IMG/VR virus record: IMGVR_UViG_2061766007_001347
DNA: 64,000 nucleotides
DNA from: an uncultured virus (IMG/VR IMGVR_UViG_2061766007_001347)
Lineage: Duplodnaviria > Heunggongvirae > Uroviricota > Caudoviricetes
Reading direction: 5' to 3' (one strand)
This document shows positions 56,038-63,687 of the stretch, in pieces. The notes under the pieces are model-generated. The model saw only the letters and a program-made list of their open reading frames with translations, was not told where the DNA came from and did not search any database. The translations under genes were made by a program, and so were the position numbers. Within the stretch, counting starts at the first letter, position 1, and each line of letters begins with the position of its first letter.

Positions 56038-56130
56038 AACATAATTCAATTGGCACGGCTCTCACGTACTGCCAAGCTCCTCCATAATTAATACAAATTA
56101 TGTGGTTCCGCCAAGCAATTGAATTATGTT
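56038..56130 (-). ncRNA. Candidate structured RNA between tRNAs
   Basis: Perfect 15-bp closing stem AACATAATTCAATTG/CAATTGAATTATGTT. Confidence 0.55.
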
Positions 56131-56133
56131 AAA

Positions 56134-56205
56134 TACTCCCAGTTGGAATCGAACCAACATCTAGGGTTTAGAAGACCCTTGTTCTATCCTTTGAACTATG
56201 GGAGC
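56134..56205 (-). tRNA. tRNA-Arg(UCU)
   Basis: AGGGT-CT-TCT-AA-ACCCT. Confidence 0.92.
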
Positions 56206-56317
56206 AAAAGACGCAGGTGTTATTTAGATAGCAGTTCTATTTCAACTACAGGGCACACACCTCAAACCTCTTTGTTGGTTAGCCTCGCCAGCATTGCCCG
56301 ATTTGAACGGGACTTAA

Positions 56318-56388
56318 CGGGAAATGAAAGAATCGAACTTTCATACATCGGTTAACAGCCGATTGCTTTACCTTTAAGCTAATTTCCC
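56318..56388 (-). tRNA. tRNA-Asn(GUU)
   Basis: ATCGG-CT-GTT-AA-CCGAT; G discriminator. Confidence 0.9.
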
Positions 56389-56394
56389 AAAAAG

Positions 56395-56573
56395 TGCTCC
56401 AAGAAGGAATCGAACCTCCAACTTCCTGATTACAAATCAGGCGTNNNNNNNNNNTATGAAGAGATGCTTTGATGTTTCCAGTAAAATTTACTGTCAGCTC
56501 TCTGAATGACGTACATTATTCTTTCTTCCATGACAGATGCTCCNNNNNNNNNNACCAATTGAACTATTAGAGC
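56395..56573 (-). tRNA. tRNA-Thr(UGU), split by assembly gaps (halves 56395-56444 and 56554-56573)
   Basis: CCTGA-TT-TGT-AA-TCAGG; acceptor halves on either side of an N-flanked insert. Confidence 0.75.
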
Positions 56574-56577
56574 ATAG

Positions 56578-56650
56578 CATCCTCAACAGGAATTGAACCT
56601 GTGTTGTTTATACCATAGTATAACCGTCCTAACCACTAGACGATAAGGAT
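56578..56650 (-). ncRNA. Glu/Asp-like tRNA body with non-canonical anticodon loop
   Basis: TCGTCTAGTGGTTAGGAC D arm; TTATAC-TATG-GTATAA instead of a 5-bp stem with 7-nt loop. Confidence 0.65.
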
Positions 56651-56661
56651 ATAAAGATAAA

Positions 56662-56733
56662 CGTCCTCGACGAGATTCGAACTCATATTATGTGCGTGAA
56701 AGGCACATGACCTAACCCTTAGTCGACAAGGAC
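56662..56733 (-). tRNA. tRNA-Glu(UUC)
   Basis: TGTGC-CT-TTC-AC-GCACA. Confidence 0.9.
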
Positions 56734-56736
56734 AAA

Positions 56737-56879
56737 ACAAATCATTTCCATTACCATACGCTAGGACTTTTTCAGGCTCTACGTTTGTTACCCTAATCCC
56801 TCCACTCTCTAGCTATGTACACTTGTTAGATCGTTTCAGTCTTTACTCTCACAACTCGCTCTTCGTAGCAATGATTTGT
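56737..56879 (-). ncRNA. Candidate ~143-nt structured RNA between tRNAs
   Basis: 10-bp closing stem ACAAATCATT/AATGATTTGT. Confidence 0.45.
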
Positions 56880-56881
56880 AA

Positions 56882-56958
56882 TGGAAAATGAAAGATTCAA
56901 ACTTTCATCTAACGACCCCAACAAAGGCCGGTTGTTTTATCAGTTAAACTAATTTCCC
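56882..56958 (-). ncRNA. Atypical or pseudo tRNA resembling the tRNA-Asn body, with G3.U70
   Basis: GGGAAAT/ATTTTCC-A; irregular anticodon arm; T loop TTTGAAT. Confidence 0.6.
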
Positions 56959-56962
56959 ATAA

Positions 56963-57046
56963 TGGGCAGGGATGGACTCGAACCACCAATAGCTTTCGCC
57001 GCCTGATTTACAGTCAGGTGTCTTAACCAATTCGACGCACCTGCCC
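56963..57046 (-). tRNA. tRNA-Tyr(GUA)
   Basis: CCTGA-CT-GTA-AA-TCAGG; long variable arm. Confidence 0.92.
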
Positions 57047-57060
57047 AAATCTTTTGGATA

Positions 57061-57133
57061 TGATGAGGAGTGGAGTTGAACCACTGACGCAGAGATTTTC
57101 AGTCTCTCGCTCTACCGACTGAGCTACCCCACC
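57061..57133 (-). tRNA. tRNA-Phe(GAA)
   Basis: AGAGA-CT-GAA-AA-TCTCT. Confidence 0.92.
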
Positions 57134-57150
57134 AAATTGATACTTTCTTT

Positions 57151-57170
57151 TATTCAATTGTCAAAGATGT
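57151..57170 (-). promoter_or_regulatory. boxA-like antitermination signal
   Basis: ACATCTTTGACAATTGAATA in the tRNA operon leader. Confidence 0.5.
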
Positions 57171-57188
57171 TTTCCAATGACAGTAATT

Positions 57189-57217
57189 ATTATACATTGG
57201 AATGTTTTGAATGTCAA
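57189..57217 (-). promoter_or_regulatory. Consensus sigma70 promoter of the tRNA operon
   Basis: TTGACA-N17-TATAAT exact. Confidence 0.9.
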
Positions 57218-57460
57218 CTAAACTTTACACTCTTTTTCCTGAATCACGGAAATTTTGTTGTCTACGCTATTGCATAGACGATCATACATGGAGTTCAAAT
57301 CAAACTTGATGTCCACTACTTTGTCTTTAAGATATTGAATATCGCAAGGTAAAGATTCTGTTTCACACTTTTGAAGATAAGCATCAAGATCTCCTACATA
57401 ATCAATTGCCGATGCTAGATCAAGGACAGAATGTTCAGCCCATTTATTATAATCTACCAT
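57218..57460 (-). CDS. Hypothetical; close homologue of 10406-10591
   Basis: LDLASA.DY.GDLDAYL.KCETESLPCDIQYLKDKV. Confidence 0.8.
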   Translation of the reverse strand: MVDYNKWAEHSVLDLASAIDYVGDLDAYLQKCETESLPCDIQYLKDKVVDIKFDLNSMYDRLCNSVDNKISVIQEKECKV

Positions 57461-57690
57461 GACAACTCTCCTTAATCAACCAATGTTACTTTAACTCGTT
57501 TGATTTTACATTCCTGTCCTTCACTACCAATACCTAGTCTTGTCTTTGCACCTTTTTCAGTAACGAATAAATGTGCTTTGTCGAAACTGTCATATCCGTA
57601 ACATGAAGAGATACTTAAATGCTTCCAGTAAAATTTACCATCAGCTCTCTGAATGACGTACATTATTCTTTCTTCCATGACAGATGCTCC

Positions 57691-57858
57691 TTATCCTACA
57701 CTGATGTAAAACTTACCATGTTCTTCACCGACATCTTTCTTATCAACGTCATACTCAATAAACTCATCAGTATAATACCCAGAGTCAGGAGCGCAAACAG
57801 TAACTTCCATATCAGGGTCTGCTTCCTTAAGAATTTCAATCAATTCTTTTACTGTCAT
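57691..57858 (-). CDS. MTVxELIExL family member (not in ORF track)
   Basis: Hand translation MTVKELIEILKEADPDMEV. Confidence 0.8.
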   Translation of the reverse strand: MTVKELIEILKEADPDMEVTVCAPDSGYYTDEFIEYDVDKKDVGEEHGKFYISVG

Positions 57859-57877
57859 GTCATTTTCTCCCTATGTT

Positions 57878-57942
57878 TAATGAAAGGATCCATTCCATTC
57901 ATTTTATGAGTTATTTATAACACAGATTCAAATGAATGTCAA
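57878..57942 (-). promoter_or_regulatory. Type-B promoter + leader hairpin
   Basis: TTGACA-N17-TATAAA. Confidence 0.75.
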
Positions 57943-57956
57943 CAGGAATTCTCTAT

Positions 57957-58133
57957 TTATTTATCAGAAATGTCAAGAATGACTGTGTGGCCATTTACTT
58001 TAACGTCACACTCATCAAAGTCCTCAATGTCTTTCCAACATGACCCATAGAGATCACCTTTCATAAACCGAACGAGAACCTGTGCTCCAAGATCACATGA
58101 CGATAATTTTTCAATCAGTTCTTCCACTGTCAT
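57957..58133 (-). CDS. MTVxELIExL family member (not in ORF track)
   Basis: Hand translation MTVEELIEKLSSCD. Confidence 0.75.
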   Translation of the reverse strand: MTVEELIEKLSSCDLGAQVLVRFMKGDLYGSCWKDIEDFDECDVKVNGHTVILDISDK

Positions 58134-58156
58134 GACGTTTTCTCCTTTATGGTTTA

Positions 58157-58321
58157 TTACCGATTACCTTTGGAATCCCATTGGGAAATAAGAACATCAC
58201 CATCTTCATCTGTACGAATATATTCTTTCTGTATTCCATTTGGTCCCTCACAATCTTCTGTGTAAACTGTCAGATTCTGATCAAATGTTTTCAAGATTTC
58301 AATCAATTCTTTTACTGTCAT
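58157..58321 (-). CDS. MTVxELIExL family member (not in ORF track)
   Basis: Hand translation MTVKELIEILKTFDQN. Confidence 0.75.
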   Translation of the reverse strand: MTVKELIEILKTFDQNLTVYTEDCEGPNGIQKEYIRTDEDGDVLISQWDSKGNR

Positions 58322-58341
58322 GGTGTATTCTCCATTGATTC

Positions 58342-58890
58342 ATTGAAACGGTCCATCCGTTTCAATTTATGAGTTATTTATAACATAGTTTGTGGAACAT
58401 GTCAACAAGAATTTTCTTATTTTTGACATTTTCCATCAAATTTTCAAAGATTCAATGAATGGATTATCTGTTTCCATTCATTTTATGAGCATATAATAAC
58501 CAATTTTCTATGGTTTGTCAACCAAATTTTTAAGGAATTTTCTGAAATTTCAAAGAATTTCAATGAATGGATCCAGTGTTCCATTCATTATGGCACTATA
58601 ATAACATAGAAAATGGTGGCTGTCAAATAAATTTTTAAGAAAATTAGTGTCAAAATGTATCAGATTTTGACGAAAGTGTGTCTTGGATTGCACAGATTCT
58701 GCCTCCCCAGCATAATTTTATCACAGATTTTAGTCTTTGTCAACGGAAAAATTCAAGAAAATTAGCTTATTTTTACCAAAAATTTAGGTGAAATTTTACT
58801 AAATTTTCTATTGACAGACTGAATTTTCTGTGATATAATACACATTTTCAGCAGAAAAAGTCCTAGATTGCACAGCTTCTGATACATTTT
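58342..58890 (-). promoter_or_regulatory. Composite block: three tandem hairpin promoters + divergent promoter
   Basis: Hairpins at ~58342, 58454 and 58562; TTGACA..TATAAT on + at ~58811-58839. Confidence 0.7.
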
Positions 58891-58941
58891 NNNNNNNNNN
58901 CATCAATTCTTTTACAGTCATAGCGTTTTCTCCTTGTAGTC

Positions 58942-59002
58942 TAATCAAGGAACCATTCCTTGATTATGTGGTAACTATATTACAGTTTACTGCACGTGTA
59001 AA
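58942..59002 (-). promoter_or_regulatory. Promoter + leader hairpin
   Basis: AATCAAGGA-ACCAT-TCCTTGATT. Confidence 0.75.
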
Positions 59003-59232
59003 TAGTTTATTTCATATTTTATGATGACTTCAATAGCTGCCTATACTTACAAAGTTAAAAATAAGCGTTTCTCTATTCTCTTTGTCATAGGTAAACTTCA
59101 TGAGTACTCCTGGCTCTAATAACCATGTTCCACCATCAGCACTATATTCTTCAAATTCAAATTCTATTTCCAAATCAGAATCAAATTCTGACAGCTTATC
59201 AATCAGCTCTTTTACTTTCATACCTTGTTCTC

Positions 59233-59397
59233 CTATGTTGGCCATCCACACATAGGCTTCTTAACAGATAAGCATAGATACTCAGAATCATCATAGTTCT
59301 TGTCAAGATAGTATTCCCAGCCATGAACATTGACATAGATCTCTTTATCTTTATCGTCAATATTGTTCAGAAGCTCTATTAGCTCATTCACTGTCAT
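59233..59397 (-). CDS. MTVxELIExL family member (not in ORF track)
   Basis: Hand translation MTVNELIELLNNID. Confidence 0.75.
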   Translation of the reverse strand: MTVNELIELLNNIDDKDKEIYVNVHGWEYYLDKNYDDSEYLCLSVKKPMCGWPT

Positions 59398-59727
59398 GAT
59401 GAAGTCTCCTTCCTAATTATGGGCTAGCGACCATTATCAGCGTCTTTCTGTATAAGATAATCAACAACTTGCTGAATCGTATCAAATTTTTCTACATAAT
59501 ACTCGTCTTCAACTTCATAGCCACCATCTTCATTTGGCGTAATTGTAAAGTTGTCATAACAGTAGTCACAGTAAAATGAAACTTCTACATCATTGCTGTA
59601 TGCTTTGACTTCATAAGCTGAGAGATCGTGCGTTGAAAGTTTGTACGCTTTAAGTAATGAGTCAAGATGCGTAGCAAGATTAGTTAGCTGTTCTTTTTCT
59701 ACCATAATAAAGTCTCCTTCTAAGTTT

Positions 59728-59802
59728 ATTGAATGGAACCATTCCATTCAATTTATGAGATTCTTATAAACCGCTATGAAGTGATTGTAAACAAAAATCA
59801 CC
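59728..59802 (-). promoter_or_regulatory. Type-A promoter + leader hairpin
   Basis: ATTGAATGGA-ACCAT-TCCATTCAAT. Confidence 0.8.
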
Positions 59803-60098
59803 AGTCTTAAGCTACAAATTATAGACATCAGACACAGGGTCAGATAAGAATCGCCAAGGACCCCAGATACCCTTCCTATCAGTTACACGACGCTGAAATT
59901 CCATGATTGGAGCATTGTCGTAGTCTATGAAGTTGTATTTGCCATCAGCCTCAAGCAAGCAGTCGAACCAAGCTTTGTTAAAATCATGATCAAATTTATC
60001 ATTGCCAGGAAATACTTCAGACTCATATTCAACGTCAATTACATTATCATAATCATCTAATTGAACTAGTCTGAACTGCTGCATATCTGTATCTCCTA

Positions 60099-60338
60099 TT
60101 AGCTACGACACTTCCACCAACAAGAACGTTCCCAATCACGACGATCAGGCATACACCCTGACTTAATCACTAACGCGTTATACTTAGCGTCAACTTCAAA
60201 GGTGTCTTCATTTACATCATCAATGTCTATATCTTCTGAGTAAGCATCACAATCAAAGGCAGTAGCAGGAACCGCATTAACAACTTCCAAATTGCCATCG
60301 AAGTTCTTAAGAAGTTCAATCAATTCCTTAACTGTCAT
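60099..60338 (-). CDS. MTVxELIExL family member
   Basis: MTVKELIELLKNFD. Confidence 0.8.
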   Translation of the reverse strand: MTVKELIELLKNFDGNLEVVNAVPATAFDCDAYSEDIDIDDVNEDTFEVDAKYNALVIKSGCMPDRRDWERSCWWKCRS

Positions 60339-60356
60339 CGTTCTTTCTCCTGTAAA

Positions 60357-60551
60357 TTAGTAACCGTAACAAATGTAAGTAATGTCAATGACTAAATTTC
60401 CATCTTTATCTAAAGACCAGACGCATTCATTATCTTGGTCTTCATCATTAAGATCGGTATAATAGTCATCCCGGTCACTTCCAGCATGAACGTAGACGTT
60501 AGTGGTCTGATTGTATTTCTGAAGCTTCTTGATTAAATCAGCAATTGTCAT
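60357..60551 (-). CDS. MTVxELIExL family member
   Basis: MTIADLIKKLQKYN. Confidence 0.75.
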   Translation of the reverse strand: MTIADLIKKLQKYNQTTNVYVHAGSDRDDYYTDLNDEDQDNECVWSLDKDGNLVIDITYICYGY

Positions 60552-60583
60552 GATGAAATCTCCTTTCAGTTTGTCGTAAAAGA

Positions 60584-60742
60584 CTAACCAACGTAAAGCG
60601 TAAAACTCTTTGAGTCTATCTCAACATCATCTTTAGAAATTTCATCATATGTTGAATCGAATCCACCGTCCGGTGCTTTAACAACAAACGTCAAGTCAGA
60701 ATCAACGTTCTTCAAAATTTCAATCAATTCTTTCACTGTCAT
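60584..60742 (-). CDS. MTVxELIExL family member
   Basis: MTVKELIEILKNVDS; start revised. Confidence 0.8.
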   Translation of the reverse strand: MTVKELIEILKNVDSDLTFVVKAPDGGFDSTYDEISKDDVEIDSKSFTLYVG

Positions 60743-60763
60743 GATATTTTCTCCTTTTGGTTT

Positions 60764-60836
60764 ATTGAATGGATCCATTCCATCCAATCTAGAGTCCTTA
60801 TAAGCTAAACTGAGAAATATGTAAACAAAAATCACC
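60764..60836 (-). promoter_or_regulatory. Type-A promoter + leader hairpin
   Basis: Consensus layout. Confidence 0.8.
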
Positions 60837-62564
60837 GAACTAAATGCTTGGTGTGTACCAATCTAGCTTTTCTTCTGAGATGTTTTCAAGATTTTTTATG
60901 CATAGCTTTAGAAAGTCTAGATCATGCTGATCCCTGTCTGTAATGGAATCAGTGCCATCCATAAACTCATTCATCGCTGTGATCCATCTAGAAAATCGTA
61001 ACCGAAACTCTATTTGGAGAGTTCGTACTTTCTCAGGCGTCTGCCGGTTGCAGTACCCATAAGCTAAAGTTTTGCCGTCAATGATCTGATTTACAGCAAG
61101 AAGCATACTCCCAAACGTTAGATCCATTCTATTTCTCCTCACTAAAATAACTCAATCCAAAGTACTCGGTTGCATGTTCATACTTTTTTATGTGATTGAA
61201 TTCTTCAAAGCATTCTACTGAGCAAAACACCCAGTCATTTCCAAAGTCATAGTTGTCAGCTACTATAATTGGATCATCGCTCTTTATCTCTTTACAGCAT
61301 TCATCACATGTAAGTTTCATAAGTCAACCTCTTGTCAAAGTCACCAGTTTTTGCTAGCATATAGGATATACATAGATATTGAGCTACTGTGAATTACATA
61401 CGACAAAGCCCGCATAGAACTTACGCGGGCTCAGGCTATTCTTCTTCAACAACTTCTACTATCTTAGTGTATTTGACTATTCTATATTGGTATGAATCAC
61501 CAAGCTCTGACTTCAACTGTGATAGTCTGCTTCTTGCTTCATCAATCTTTCGATACTGTCTATCAAAGTACCAAGCACCAATGCTCTTTTTCAAACACTC
61601 GACTCTATAGGTTGTGCCAGTATTTGGGATATGAGAATAGCTAGTCATCGTAGTCCTCACAGTCATCATCTATATTAGCTATACCTGGAATATCATCCTT
61701 ATCATGATACAGTTCCAGTTTAACTTTTGTACCGTCTTTGAAGTAGTCGAACAGAGTATCAACACCAAAAGCATTAGCATTCAAATACACTGATTTGTTT
61801 TCAACGACTTTGACATCACATACAAATCTATCTTTATCTCTGTCTCTGACTATAGACTCAATAGTTCCAGTTATGATGTCATCTTCTTCGTCTTCATCAT
61901 TGGATTCACCAGACAGCCAATCACAAATTTCGTCTAGTGGAACAAACTCAATCTTAAACTTATCTTCATAAATGTAATCAGCTATATGAAGTTGGATCTC
62001 ATGATCAAAGTTGTCTTTGAAGTATAGAATGTCCTTGTATCTTCCTGTGAAAGTTCCTATGAAGTATTTGCAGTCATACTCAGATCGATAGGCATGAACT
62101 AAGTAAATCTCATCAGCTTTCATATAGTCATCCTTCCAGTTATGCCACTTTCTCATTCGTCTTCTCCATCAGCTTTATCTTTGTCTTTGTTGACAATCAT
62201 TTCAATAAACCTCGCTAACTGTTCACGAGTAGAATTATCTTCATTAGCTGGAATACAACCATAGCTTGGTTTGAACGTCATAGAACTATCGTCCCTGCTT
62301 GTCACACAGCCATAAATGCATGCGATTTTATCATCAATCATTATAGTACACTCCATCAATCTTTTCTAGTGATTGCTTTGTCATATAGTTACAATAGTCC
62401 TGATAGCTATCAAACATTTCTGGAAGTAAGCTATCTTTATTGAACTCTTCTTCAGTCAGGAGCTTTACTTTTCTTTTACCCATACGTCACCTCCATAGTG
62501 AGTCTACATAATCAATATACACACCACTGTAGTTTTACTTAACTGAAGCATAAACACAAATAAA

Positions 62565-62588
62565 CCCCTAATGGATTCCATTAGGGGC
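62565..62588. terminator. Hairpin / terminator
   Basis: CCCCTAATGGA-T-TCCATTAGGGG. Confidence 0.6.
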
Positions 62589-62638
62589 TGTGCTGTATTT
62601 AGCCTTGTTTTCTTATGGAGAATTTCTAAGCTCTTCGC

Positions 62639-62890
62639 TTACATTGCGTTATACATTCTATATAGCTTCATAACAGCTGCATGAGCCATGTCATACTGTT
62701 TCTCAAATGCTTCATTGTCTGCAAGTGAATCATCAGAGTAGTACCAGTTATCCATGAAATTTTCAAGACCAATTAGTATGTAATTGATAGCCTCGAGTCC
62801 TGATTCTTTATGGTCGTCTTCATTTTTAACTCGTCTATTTTCTAATGCCTTTTCAAGACGAGCGATTCTCGCTTCTAATTTTTTATCCAT
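62639..62890 (-). CDS. Hypothetical with LExRIAxLE...KNE leader
   Basis: MDKKLEARIARLEKALENRRVKNE. Confidence 0.7.
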   Translation of the reverse strand: MDKKLEARIARLEKALENRRVKNEDDHKESGLEAINYILIGLENFMDNWYYSDDSLADNEAFEKQYDMAHAAVMKLYRMYNAM

Positions 62891-63234
62891 AATGATTGCC
62901 CAAAATTAGTCTACTTTAAAGTCTTTAAACATTTCGCCAACTTTCTCACCAGCTTCACCAAGTTGAGTAAGAGCATCAACCTTTTCAGAATTGTCGTTCA
63001 CTGTATCGCCCTCAAGAGCTTTAATGAAATCTGGAAGAACACTGAGAATTAGTGGAAGATTTTTAAGAATCACTGGAATAGCTTTAGCGACAATTGGAGC
63101 AATCTCATTAGTCACCTGCTTTTCGTTCTTAGCACCAAGCTTTCTATCAAGCGCTTCTTCAATACGATCCAATTTGCTATTTAATAATAAGTACTTTTCG
63201 CTTTTCATATTGCACTGTCCTTATAAAATTTGGC

Positions 63235-63687
63235 TCACTCTTCATTTGAGCTGTTTTCACTAATGATTCTATCAATGATGTCTGACAAATACTCATTTGT
63301 CTTCAGCGTATAATGAGCTTTTGCTTTATCATTTTCTTTAAGCTTTTTTAGAATTGGCTTCCATAAATCTTTTATGCGGTGCCCTAGAATAATAGACTTT
63401 CGTTCTCTATTTCTTCTATACCATTCTTCTTTACATTCATCAGTGTCTTCTGGATAAACAAGTACATACTCACATTTATTTTTATCCAAGACATCAATAG
63501 CACGATCATGTGCTGTTACTAATAATACATCAGCAGTGCCATTGTCTTTAAGACGCTTTGCATAATCAACAATTGATCTATGGTAATCTTCATCAAGACC
63601 AGTTATTTTTACATTCTTTTCACAGTGATTTAATAAGTATGATTTGCCACAGCAAGGGAATGCTGCTATTATTATTTGCTTACTCAT
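63235..63687 (-). CDS. P-loop kinase-like phage protein
   Basis: IIIAAFPCCGKS Walker A-like; R...R lid. Confidence 0.7.
   Translation of the reverse strand: MSKQIIIAAFPCCGKSYLLNHCEKNVKITGLDEDYHRSIVDYAKRLKDNGTADVLLVTAHDRAIDVLDKNKCEYVLVYPEDTDECKEEWYRRNRERKSIILGHRIKDLWKPILKKLKENDKAKAHYTLKTNEYLSDIIDRIISENSSNEE

Larger units (their letters stand above)
41153..58890. other. N-gapped block with a distinct promoter dialect and homologues of flanking genes (possibly a second phage strain)
   Basis: All N gaps lie in or at its edges; mostly TTGACA-type promoters without the GGTGATT box; at least 8 homologous gene pairs. Confidence 0.6.

Noticed and set aside
56454..56543. Insert splitting tRNA-Thr as an intron or integration event
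   Set aside because: It is flanked by N gaps on both sides and resembles 57600-57690; an assembly artefact.
8954..60835. ORF-track starts such as MEWFHS, MEWIH, MNGMDPF and MIFVY
   Set aside because: These ATGs fall inside the repeated hairpin/promoter. The real starts are downstream behind GGAG SD sequences.
1611..60836. Hairpin repeats as a CRISPR array or integron attC array
   Set aside because: The copies are dispersed, differ in sequence and are tied to promoters. There are no regular spacers, cas genes, integron integrase or attC R-box ends.
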